A stretch of DNA of 64,000 nt from contig JAAOMT010000039.1 of the NCBI GenBank assembly GCA_016748015.1, positions 152,259 to 216,258 on the forward strand. The letters are read 5' to 3'. This document shows positions 26,987 to 38,409 of the stretch, piece by piece. Position numbers and translations under genes: made by a program. Source of the stretch: Geosiphon pyriformis uo1 (taxonomy: Eukaryota; Fungi; Glomeromycota). Positions within the stretch are counted from its first letter, which is position 1. Each line of letters starts with the position of its first letter. The notes below the pieces were generated by a model that was given only the letters and a program-made list of their open reading frames with translations, searched no databases and was not told the origin of the DNA.

Positions 26987-29900
26987 ATGCCTTCCGAAAA
27001 AAAGAAACATTTTATATCTCCACCTCCTGGTTTAGATTTCGTTACTCCACCTCATGATTCTTTGGTCGACGACCTAAGGTACGCGCTAGAACATGCGCGC
27101 GAATTATTCCCTGACATCGCATGGGAATTTACACTTGCACTTACGCCCACAATTGTTTATGCCCATAAATGTATGTCAATCGTTGCAATAGTTCTATTAT
27201 CTACTTTTTATCAAAGTTAGAAATCTATACAAAATCAAACAACATTGATGAGTCTGATAATTAACGTCCTTTGACGCACCTGTGTTTTGAATTTAAACAA
27301 TTATTCATGAATGTCATTTTACATGTCTCTATTGAAAGCTACAAAATCATTGACAATATATTTATTTATTTTCTAGCCATATTATACGCACGAAGTTCAC
27401 GTACCTTTCAGGAAAATTTTTTAAAAATCAAAGATGCAAATGGAATGTCAGTGCGGTCCATGAGAATGTCAAATCCGGAGCCAATAATTGTAAAAACAGA
27501 AGCAAATCCATTTTCACTTCGGCAGGAATTAAAATTTTTTTACACGGGTGAAGAAGGTAGTGAAGAGTTTTTGGCTGCAGTTGATACTACGGCTGAACTT
27601 GAACAAGACAAATTGAAAGAGGATTTACTTTACATGCTTAAATCAAAACTTTATACGGACGTTGAGTTGTTACTGTCCATTTCTGAGGATTCTCTGGATA
27701 TTTTCCCGGAAGAGGACTTTACACCCACTTCACATCGTGCCCATCGATTTATGCTTGCTTCGAGGTCAGAATACTTCAAAGCTATGCTGAACTCCCAATT
27801 CATTGAGGCTCGCCTATCCACAATTCACTTAGATGCTAGCATTTTTACCCCAACATCTCTCAACTTGATTCTTACATTCGTTTACACTGGAAATCTATCA
27901 TCCTCATCAAAACCTCTAACCTTGGAAACATGTGAAATGGTGTGGATAGGAGCAGATTTTCTTGGCATAAAATCATTATGTGACGAATGTGTACATCGTA
28001 TCGCAACAAAGGTTCACTCATTTTCATGTACGTGCGCCGAATGTCAGGCAGTTATTCCGCGAGTAGCTGGTTTTGCTAAAGAGCATCATGTTGATATGCT
28101 TTGGCAAGGATCGCTGCACGTGTTGTCACAAGGCTTCGATAGTATGTGGCCTCAAAAAGCCTTTGCAGAATTAGAGGAAAATATTAGGGAGGAGGTTCTT
28201 TTGAATTTATTAGCCAAAATTCAAAATAGTAATATTGTTGAAACTTTCAGAGGATGCCGAAAAATACTTGCTATTATTGAGGTTAAAGGTATCGGATTAC
28301 CTTGGATAGAGATAATACGTGGGATGGCTAACCATGTCCGTTCATATACAGCTGGTATATTGGTCGATGATTTTCAGCAGCTCTGTGAAGAGGATAAAGA
28401 ATTTTTAAATTGCGTGGATGGAGTTGGCTTCAGCTCAGATTTATTAGAAGACATTATGAAGATTGTAGTCGAAGAAGGTCTAACGGAGCAAAACGCTGGA
28501 ACTGTACTTAATTGTATCACTGGTAATTTATTGTTGAGGGAAGCTGTTCTGGATGCAGAGAGTGTGGAAACGAAGCGAATCCTACTTCAAGCGAAACAAA
28601 ATGTCTCCGATTATATCAAAAAAAGGTGGATTGGGGTAAAACAGCATGGTGGGTTCAGCGAGTTAAAAGATTGGCTTTTAGATGAGTTTGCACAAGGTAA
28701 AAGCCATTCACGAATATTTGGTTTTCTGTTTTTAATATTTTAGCCATTGATATTATCACCTTCGCAATGTCGTTTTTTAATGATAAATATTTTATATTTC
28801 TAGATCTTGGTATTACAAAAGCGGAATTGACGGAAACTGTTAGTGAACCAAAACCAAAATCTCGAACACCTGTGACAACAAATGGTATTCGTACCAACGG
28901 AAAAACAACCTCCCCCTCTACTTCACCTAAAGGTAGAACTACTCCATCAACAAAATCATCCTTATCGCTGGGGTCTTCCTCAACAGTTACAAAGACCATT
29001 TCAACATTTACCACAATCTCAACAACCAATTCAACAGGTTCTTCCAGCCCAAAAACAATTCGAAGATCCGCCACAACATCGGTGGCATCCTCGACTGGTA
29101 GTTCAAAAGCTTCTGATCTTTCTGCTGCCAAAAAAAGCAAAAGTGTACGCATTGTGACAACTCCAGCAACATTTGGACGACCAACAAGAGCGAGTGTTTT
29201 GCGTCAGAAAGCCTTAGCAGAAGCTGCTGCTAAAAATCCAGTTAAGCAGAGAACAAAGACCATGCCTGAACGAATTTCCAATTCTAGCACAAATAGTGTC
29301 AGCTCTCTACCGCCGGTCGCTGGATTAAGTAAATCTAAATCAGCTAGCGCATTAAACTCTCGCGTGACGCGGCCAGATTCAAAATCCTCACTAAATGTGC
29401 CAGGAGTATCGACACCTCCAGCTCGAGGTCGTATTTCAACAAAACAAACAGCATCGGCAGCTTCTTCACGGGCAAGTTCTATTTCATCGATTCGTTCATC
29501 AAAGTCACCTTCTATTTCACCTAGCCGTTTTGGGGGTGTACGTCAAACTCGAGCTAGTATCCTTCGTCAACTTAAGTTTGACGAAACAGAACAACGTCGT
29601 GGCCGGGATCGACAACGTAAAGCTTCATCTCCAACATCTTCAAGGGCAAGCTCGATAGCTTCCGTGTCATCTGTTGCAAGTTCAACAAACTCTTCAAACG
29701 TTGTGCATCCAAAAAGATCAGGATCACAATATTCCACATCTACCAGCATGACAACCGCATCTACTGGGTCAATCAGTAGTTTACCAGCTAAACCTCATCA
29801 AACGAAATTATCTACCACAAAAGATCCTGACATTTCTGTGGGTAGGAGAGTAATTCTACCGACAAAAAACAATTCTCCTGGTACTATCCAGTTTTTGGGC

Positions 29901-30132
29901 GAAACAGAGTTTGCCAGGGGTCATTGGGTGGGAATAGCACTAGATAATCCAGGTAAGTTATTGGTTATATTATGAATTGTTTTAAATTTTTAATGAATGG
30001 ATACTTACATATTTTTAATTTGCAACACATTTAGTTGGGAAGAACAACGGGACTGTTGCCAACATACAGTACTTTGAAACTTCTCCAAATCAAGGCATCT
30101 TTGTGCGACCTGACTCAATATTAATAATATAA
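26987..30132 (+). CDS. BTB/POZ + S/T/R-rich linker + C-terminal CAP-Gly protein (~916 aa; exons 26987-27170, 27377-28696, 28804-29952, 30035-30132)
   Basis: Three phase-1 GT-AG introns give a continuous frame. Tandem BTB-like segments: YAHKSILYARS and HRAHRFMLASRSEYF...FVYTG. CAP-Gly: VGRRV...[32 protein letters not shown]...YF...GIFVRP. Confidence 0.92.
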
Positions 30133-31169
30133 ACTGCCAGGGGATGTTCCTTCACAAAAAATCGCGCATTTAGATGATGGGGTCAATAGGCATGCACCTG
30201 AACAACTAAGATTTCATATACGACCAAAGCAGATCATGCGGCAAAGAATAGAATTTCTATATCCGTAGATTTCCCTTGTCAAAATAGATCCAAAATCAAG
30301 GACGAATAGATTCCACTTAGATTAAAGTTTGGAAGTCTCATAAAGCAGTAAAAGAATTTTCAAATTTTTTATAAAAACACTGGGCATGAAGCAACAAAGG
30401 AATTTAGGTATTTTGGGAAATAATTTCAATGAGGATCAACCATTCTTTCCGATTCCAAATAAATTATCTTTAGCCTAGAATCAATCCTTTCTGACCACTC
30501 TTTTACCCTTCACATAATTTGTGGACAATTCATTTGCCATTTTTTGTGATAGTTTTCTGTGTTTATCCCTGGTCTCCCATTCCCTAAAAATGATTTTAAA
30601 AGTCATATTCCTCTTTGACTACATCCATGTTTTCAAAGACATCTTGCTTCACATTCCCTTAATTATTCATATCTAGCCTTTGCGTGACCATCTAGTGTCA
30701 ATTGGCGGGCATGTTTAAACTTTCTTTAACAACCCTTACTTCATAATTTTAGTGATATCAAATCATGACGATAACCCTTGTAATTTCCTATCACTTGGTT
30801 AATCTAATTCAATGCCCAATTTTGGTTATTTATCCCATAATATTATTAATAATTGTAATACCTACCTTTAGTTGGGTCTATCTAGTTTTTCATCAACCAT
30901 TGTATTATATCAAAGATTTCAAAAAGCTAGGAAAGAGGAAGCGTGATCGCGGTTTTCCAAAAAAATCCTTGTTGAAAGTAGTCTTGCATGAATTATTGTC
31001 TGTTGATCAGTTATAAGAAACTATATTCAAAACATTAGCAAGCGAGCCAACTCAAAATATAGTCACCGTTAGAATCAAAAATTTTCAAATAAATGACTAA
31101 TATTTAAACTAATTCATTTATCCCCTTGCGTCGTATTGAATTAATCTTTGACCATTTCAAAATGATATT

Positions 31170-31245
31170 TCCTTGACAGAAATTATGCAACAAATCAATA
31201 ATAGGGTAATACTAAGTATTGCTATATAACTCCTATTATTTCCTG
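31170..31245 (-). ncRNA. Candidate omega-RNA scaffold / right end of Fanzor copy A
   Basis: Starts at the ORF stop. Stems AATAATAGG/CCTATTATT and AATAC/GTATT, plus an overlapping AGTTATATAGCAA/TTGTTGCATAATT pairing. The 5' part is conserved in copy B. Confidence 0.5.
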
Positions 31246-32470
31246 GCTTCATCAAACAATGCCCAGAGGAAATCCCCCCGAGCGCCATCTACCAGAATCC
31301 TACAATATTGGTAGTTGTACACTTTGGACCCTTGGATCCTTTGGATGTGTCACGCTAACCACAAGTCTTGGATATATAAGTTTCATTCTAAATAATAGCA
31401 TGGACCTTAATTGCTAATCAGACTTTGTCGAAGCGATAATGCCCCAACAAAGCATTTTTTCATGTAATCTTTCTTGTCTTGCGATTCACCGTGTCCGACA
31501 CTTTAGGAGGAATCACAATCGTATCAAATTCGCGAGAAAAGAGTCACTGAATTTTACGTCTTATCAAGTCTCCAGGCCATTTTATTCTTACCCTTTGAGG
31601 AGGATGCTAATAGCCTATCCTTTTTGCAGATGAGGCCCAGAAAAAAAATAAAGTAGAAGATGGAACCTGATAAAGAAAATGTATATCAAGATCTACATGC
31701 AACTTGCAACAGTATCTAGTTCTGTCTCATGCTAGCAGTGCCAAGTTGAGGCTCTTGAACAAAGATTGGTTGACAAAATTACATGAGGCATAAAGTTTAA
31801 ACTCTGAGCCTTAAAATTGTCCTAATCATCCAAGTACTTGCAAATACGAACTATACGTTCAATAATATGTTCGTCAATCTTGCCTACACCCTTTTGTGCT
31901 AGGTAAAAGGTATGGACGCCGAGACAGTACTATCCACTTGGATTTCGCGGAGCTGTTTTTGCATCTCATATACCCAGAAAAACTTCCACTCACTCGTTTT
32001 GGGAGAGGTGAGCTTGCCATTTGACATTACTTGTGAGGAATAGGGTACCTATGATTATTCCTCCTTTTTTCAAAATGAAGTCACAGAGCACGCTTCGATA
32101 TCGAAATGATAGAGTGTATTTGGAAGAACTTGTTGATTCGCGTTTGTCTCTTGTTGATTCATGTTTAACTTTTGCTAATTTACATTACGCCTAATTACTT
32201 CTTCCCTAGTAATCAATGCTTCATCGATGATATTGGCGGGCGCTTTGCTGTGCATACCCCGAAACACACAACAATTCGCATTAACTTGCGCTTAGCATTT
32301 TCGAGTTTCTCGTCTTCGTGTTTGCTAGCGTCTTTTTCTGCCCAAATATCTGTATAAAGCTTAAGTTTATCTTTGATGGATTGAGGCCTGCTGTGATGGA
32401 CCGCTTTTTGTTCATTGTGATCACTCAATAATAGTTTCTAAATTTAAAACCAAGACCTAGACAAATTAAT
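31236..32470 (-). pseudogene. Fanzor2 / IS607-TnpB-like RNA-guided nuclease, decayed copy A
   Basis: Frame-hopping translation gives SRSWF...IIDEALITREEVIRRN...KYTLSFRYR...GVHTF...KGVGKIDEHIIERIVRICKYLDD|LICKKDRLL...FSREFDTIVIPPKVSD.VNRKTRKIT..MLCWGHYRFRQSLI..IIxNETYISKTCG...GSKVYNYQYCRILV..GARGI...ALFDEA. These match RuvC-I, bridge helix, RuvC-II, Zn ribbon and RuvC-III in order. Confidence 0.88.
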
Positions 32471-32479
32471 AAAATTTTG

Positions 32480-32700
32480 GAGCTTCGAGCACCATAATGC
32501 TATTCGATAAACTCAGATGTGTTGGATTGCAAAGACAGTGATTCCGTTTGCACCACCAAATTCAAGTTGAGTGTAATTTTCTTCCTTTCTTGTTATTATT
32601 CAAATACGAACGTGGTTAGTGGGTACTCTATGCCTCTGTCGGCCCACTTAGGCAAATCATGTTGCATTCTTCCGATTGAGCCATCCGAAAATGAAAACTG
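32480..32700 (-). pseudogene. Possible collapsed IS607-type serine recombinase (TnpA) remnant
   Basis: Upstream of Fanzor A on the same strand: LPKWADRG (cf. MerR-HTH LRxWxxxG) and EFIE*HYGARSS (cf. C-terminal ...YGxRS). The catalytic core is not visible. Confidence 0.35.
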
Positions 32701-33368
32701 AGAACCCAATCGCGGTAATTATAGAAACAGAAATCTTGAATTGACACAAGAAAAGTCTCAAACCCAAGCTAAAGTCCAAAACTAGAGGTAAATTAATGAA
32801 AGACGGTGTAATAAGCTTAATTCTCTTTGATGGTGCGGTTTAATAATAAAAAATACCCGACAGATAATGTTTATAGTGCCGATAGCAAAATTGCCACTTA
32901 TACTTTTTGGAGTTCCGAATAATAAGATAACATCATGATAGGAAATTTTCAGGACGTATCCAGTTTCAAATAATTATGAATTCACAAATCTGTTTCTGGA
33001 AATTCAAAAAATCTGTTTCAAAAAAGTTTTTGGAATTCAAAAAAGTGTTAATAGTCAAAATCGTGCAACATTACCCGATTTTTTTAAGTCCAATTTTTTT
33101 GGGTGATGAGCTCATAATCACTGATTCTTTGGAATGTATGTATTCAAAGTACCCTAACCTCAATCATAAATTTATCATCACCTATACGTCACTTGGTATT
33201 ACCAGTACTATCATGCACAAGGAAAATCAATAGGCATTAGCCGAAATAATGATGTATGATGGATTTTGAGTTCCTTCTTTTGACTGGAATTTTTTTTTTG
33301 GACTTATATAAAAAGGAGGTCTGAGTTATTCCCTTAGTTATCTGGCTCCTTTTTTTTAACACTTAATT

Positions 33369-34550
33369 ATGACTTGGAAAAATAATTCAATGGTCAAACA
33401 ATCTACATTACTTAAGATTAACCATTTCTACTCTAAATTTCCACGAATTCTCACAACCATACTTTACTTAGTATATTTCTTGAGTTTATCAACAATTTCA
33501 TGTTGGGCTTCCCCAATTGAGAAACGCGGTGTGGGGAGCGACGCCTCACAACAAAATAGCGATAATGGTATGTTTTTGATTTCCGTGATCATATGATTCT
33601 AAAAATCAAACTGAAATTTCTTCTCAATTATATTTTTATAACGCGTTACAGCCAGCAAAATTACGGTACATTCAACCATCCTTGGCATATTATTGATCGC
33701 GTTAGGGTTCGTCTATTGTTTCTTTGGAAGGAGATTTTTTCGAGTGACAATTTTCATACTTGGGTTCTATATAGGCTGTAAGTATTTACCTACTGACTCG
33801 TAAAGTTGAAGTTACGTAGAGTTGAAATTTTCACATTTTAACCGTATGATTTGTAAAACTTTCAAAGCTATTATCGCTTGGGTAATATTAACAAACGCAG
33901 AACCTAGCAAAGGATATGGCAAAGGGGCAGCAACTATACTCTTAGTGGTCTCCCTTGTGTTTGGGCTTCTTATTGGTCTTTTAGCCGTGTGTTGCGCAGA
34001 TTTCGCTGTTTATATGTTGGGTGGGCTTGGTGGTATGTATCCGAAGTTCAGAGAACCTTTGGCCGATTGAGATAATAAGAATACTTATATATATTCCTGA
34101 ATTTAAGGTTACGTCCTTGCCATATTCATCCTAGCCTGGGGAAATGATGGAATAATTACATCAAAAGCCGGCAGAATTATCTTTATATTGGCCTTTATTA
34201 TTGCTGGTGTGATCCTAACGATGTTATTTAAAAATATTCTCATCATCCTTTCAACCTCTTTGATTGGTGCCTACAGTATCATTCTTGGCATTGATATATT
34301 TGCTCGGACAGGGTTCAAGGAATCAGTTCGTCATTTTATGGATGGAAACCATGGCATTATTTATCATGCTAGTGGTAAAGTATATGGGCTGTTGGTAGCA
34401 TTGTTGGTGCTCTTTATTGCAGGGAGTGTATTTCAATGGAGATATCATAGAGGTCATGATTTCGGATACCGGAATGAAGCACCTGCAACAAAGAATACAA
34501 TTGGTAAAAAAAGAAATTGGAGGAATATGTTTAGCAGGAGAAGTGTGTAA
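33369..34550 (+). CDS. DUF4203 (TM7SF3/TMEM198-like) multi-pass membrane protein (exons 33369-33567, 33652-33777, 33868-34032, 34108-34550)
   Basis: Three phase-1 GT-AG introns. Motifs GFVYCFFGRRFFR, LGGLGGY and ILSTSLIGAYSIILGIDIF. Signal-like N-terminus followed by KR. The start could be 33390 instead. Confidence 0.9.
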
Positions 34551-34939
34551 ATCTTAGCCGCAGGGTAATAAGATAAATGCCCGAAAATCAATTCCCGCCA
34601 TTTAATTACATTTAGTTTTTATATTCCCTTTTGATTTTAAACCCTAACAATTATTTTGAATTATTTATTGTACTATTTAAGTTGACATTGGTGCTGACGA
34701 ATTTTTTTCTTCTCGTTGAGAAGTATTAGTATACAAATCTTGATACGTTGTAAAATTGCTACCTTGTAAAGAGAAAAATTAATAAAACCATTGTGTCGAG
34801 ATTGAAAATAGCTCTTTAAACTAGCTTTAATTAAATGAAAAGCATACTTGCAGTTGCTTAAAAAAGAAACTGAACACGAAAAAATCGAATTTCTCGCCAA
34901 GAGTAAAAAAGTATATTCGTTAAATCATTTTTATCACTT

Positions 34940-35735
34940 TCAGTGTATTGTGACAGAAACCGATATTTAAAAACGAATTTCTCAAAGTAAATTACCAAAC
35001 TAAGAGTAAAGATCCCTAGCCCTTTTTGGTACCGAATCGATTAACCTTTAACAAAAAACGATTTCAATGCTATTCCAGGCAATTTATAACTTTTCCCACG
35101 CATATCTACTTCATTCCATAAATGCTCGACTGGGTTTAAATTAGGAGACTGGAAAAGAATTATGAAACCATTTGGCGATCTTTTAATATATTTTCCAACA
35201 ATACTTTTGCCCATCTGACCCGAATAACTGGTACTTGCTTTCCTTTGACCAGGCTACTCTTCGATGTTTTTGTCCATAGTAGTGAGTCTAGACTTCAACG
35301 GCGGTGGAGCATTTCCGGATGATATTAGTCGGACAGCATTCTGTGGGCGACAGCTTTTGGTTTCTCATTGAAGCTCCCCGTTTCTTTTTTATTTTTGCAT
35401 ATGTTTAGAGCCGAAACCAGGGCTACCTGCTTTGATACAGCGGTTTCGTGGACCATGTATCCTTCTTTTCCCAGTGTAGATATATCGGGAGCGTTTTCTT
35501 GTAAAATCCGAGCATTGAAATAAAAAGAATGTTGTGTGAGATGAAAAAATTTAACTATTTATATTTAGTGGAATCTTAAGGCGATAAAAATTTAAAAATC
35601 CTTATTTTAATAAAGGAAAAATATAAAAACTAAATTATATGATATTTGTCATTTTAGCGAAAATATTTTATATGCTTTTGGCATACAATTCTTCAATGGC
35701 AAAATATTCGAATCTCGACATTTTTTCGTGTCTGT
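34940..35735 (-). mobile_element. Tc1/mariner DNA transposon remnant (internally deleted)
   Basis: - strand fragments read KPKAVA/RLISSGNA, RVAWSxESKYQLFGSDGQKYCWK and QSPNLNPVEHLWNEVD (Tc1 DD34E motifs). One end reads CAGTG at ~34941; the other candidate end is CTG|TA at ~35735, but the TIRs match poorly. Confidence 0.8.
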
Positions 35736-35789
35736 ATTTTTATTTTAAAATTAACTCAATTCCATTTTCTAGGTTACGATGCTTTCGGA

Positions 35790-36900
35790 TGGATTGCTAT
35801 ATAACGCGTATTACTTCTTGCAGGACCAAGGCTCCATCTCCTGAGCGCCATTTTCATTTTTATCTATCACAATCCCACAATTCTGACAGTTTCACACTTT
35901 GAACCCTCGGACTCTTTGGATTTAGCCACACTGACTAAAAGTCTTTGATGTGTTAGCTTCGCTCTGGATAATAGCACAAACCCCTGATAACTCGGCCTTT
36001 GCTGATCAAGCGTTGTCGAAAGTGAGAATGCACCCAAAAAAGCATTTTCTAATTTAATCTTTCTTGTCTTGCGATTTGCCATGTCCGACACTTTAGGAGG
36101 GATCACAATCGCGTCAAATTCGCGAGTAAAGAGTGACTGATTTTCACTTTGCAAACGTATAACTTTTCACCCCATCCGAAAAATCGCCTTATCAAGTCGC
36201 CAGGCCATTTCATTCTTATATTTTGAGGAGAATGCTAATAACTTAGCCTTTTTGCAAATGAATGGTGATAGGCTTTTAACAATTTATAGTACACATTGAC
36301 GGGTTATGAAAATGAGTGATATAGAACGGTTTTATGTGGATTGTTAAAAATCATATTGATAAACCTTGAAGTTTTTCGTCTTTACCCAAACATCTATGTA
36401 AGATCAGGTTTATCTTTGATGGATTGAGGCCTGTTGTGATCAAAATTTTTGGCGATGTCATTGAAATAATCCGATTAGCGATTTTTGACATGACCTAGTA
36501 TTATAAGCAACCCAACCACCGCTCGAAGTGCTTCTTTGAAGATGGTTTTGATCACCTTGATTAATAATATACGGTTGAGAATATCTTTCATCTTCTGACG
36601 TTTGCGACGAGCTGTTGTCGCTTTTCTCTTGTGCTATTCGCCTGTTCTAACGCTTTTCGCCGAAGAGAGCCACAATTTTTGCAGAGACCATACCGCGGCT
36701 TGTTCGTTACAATAGGGTCTTAAGTCCCAATCGTTTGAAATTGATACCTGACCCGATATCGCTGAGGAGTTTGCAGGTTGAAAATCGAGAAAGGGGGAGT
36801 TGCTTTTGTAACTTTTCTTGTTAGCATAGTTGGTGGTAATATCAGAAGTTAACTCAGTAAAGAGAGAGGTGGAATTTATTTTCACAATTTTGAGCCTGAG
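35790..36900 (-). pseudogene. Fanzor2 / IS607-TnpB-like nuclease, decayed copy B (internal deletion)
   Basis: N-terminal DLRPYCNEQAAVWS.QKLWL, then ICKKAKLL...LDKAIFRMG*KVIRLQSE...FTREFDAIVIPPKVSDMANRKTRKI..MLFWVHSHFRQRLISK..IIQSEANTSKTFSQCG...NCQNCGIVIDKNENGAQ. 36030-36260 is clearly paralogous to 31445-31633, and 36408-36440 to 32364-32397. Confidence 0.88.
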
Positions 36901-37572
36901 AAGCACTACTTAGCTATTAATTGGTATTTTTATTAATAGGTATTTTTAATCAATCTTTTCATTTTTAGAAGAATTCCAATTAAGTTTCAGTCCTCATGAT
37001 GGAAAATAAAAGACAGATACACCAAATAGTGAGTTTTGTAAAAGTATAAATAATATACTAACAAACTTAACTTAAAAAATTAGCATAATAAAAGGTTTTC
37101 TTATAATGAAAATCTATAATAATGAAAAGACTTTGCTAAAAATGATAAGTTATTTCTTACTAATTTGGTTAATTATTTCTTTGAAATATTACAAATTCAA
37201 AAGAAAATTTATATATATTAGATCATTTATATATATTAGCTGGAAGAAATTGTAAGATATAGAAGATCAGTGAAACAATTTATACATGTAACTATGTTTT
37301 TAAAAATGAAAAAAAAATCTCACATGTAATTTGTAATATTGGCTGAAGCTGATTATTGACCATTGAGAAGTTTAACCCAGTTTTGGGAATATCAATGATC
37401 AGATGGTCCCTGCTCATTTAAGACACACACTGTACGCCAAATTTCTCATTTAAAAAGTTTAGTTGTGGCATGTTTGCTGGAATCCCAATTAGATATCTTA
37501 AACTTCCATTCATTATATAACGGATAACTCATTAAATTTCTATTTTTAAAAACTTTATCGATTGATGTTAAA

Positions 37573-38409
37573 ATGGTCTTCAAATACGGATTCGCAATTG
37601 GTATTTAAATTCTTAATATTCCTACTTGTTTTAATCTTGAAAATAAAGAAAAATTTTCAAAATCTATTCGAACATTTTTTTCAATCACTTTTGTGATAAT
37701 CTGATAAAAAGGGGAAAATGTTGGTTCGATGTCAATCACTTCAGCAAGGATTATGACGCCATTACACGTTCCTAACGTTATTAGCCTTTCAGTCACTAAT
37801 TCTACAAGGTTTTTATTGATTGGCACGAAGCCCGGTAAGTGAATAAAATAACACCAAGTATATCAGATAAAATAATCTAAAATCATTAATAAAAAATTCT
37901 TTGAAGAAATCCTCGAATGGATTTACGACCACCCCACAATTTTAATTGAAACTTCTCTATTCGACAATCCAAACGAAGCGCCACATATTCCATTACCAGA
38001 CATCATAATCGATCTTTTACCATGTTACGATTCTGATGCTCATGCAACACATCAAAAATCTTTTCTACAATCTCTAAATCCGCTTTCTCATCCTGATCCA
38101 GCCACTGAACCAGTTCGTTTAGAATTTCGTGCGGTTAATCAAACTTTAGATGAAGAGATAAATGAATGGTATTTCCGGATTGTAATTCAAAAGGGAAAGA
38201 ATTTGGCAGAAGTTTTTCAACGAGTTAGTGAAGAATGGTCAAAAGTTCAGTATCCTAGCCTATGGGATAATATCAAAAAAGTTGCCGGTGTTGGAGTGCA
38301 GGCTTATAATGAGGTTGAGGAACAGGTTGAGAATTACAAGAAAGTTGAGGAACAGCATCATGGGAATGAAAGTGTGAGCTATGAAAATGAAAGTACAGAA
38401 GGAGACTGA
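37573..38409 (+). CDS. Hypothetical protein (~217 aa; exons 37573-37600, 37712-37834, 37907-38409)
   Basis: Two phase-1 GT-AG introns give an open frame MVFKYGFAIG|ENVG...GTKP|EILEWIYDHP...ESTEGD*. TATA-like element at ~37514. The ORF track misses most of it. Confidence 0.75.

Noticed and set aside
28655-29749. Antisense and alternate-frame ORFs in the BTB-CAP-Gly gene
   Set aside because: Shadows of a low-complexity S/T-rich exon.
31236-36900. Active Fanzor system or composite transposon carrying the DUF4203 gene
   Set aside because: Both copies have stops, frameshifts and damaged or deleted catalytic motifs. No shared outer TSD or other evidence of joint mobilisation was seen.
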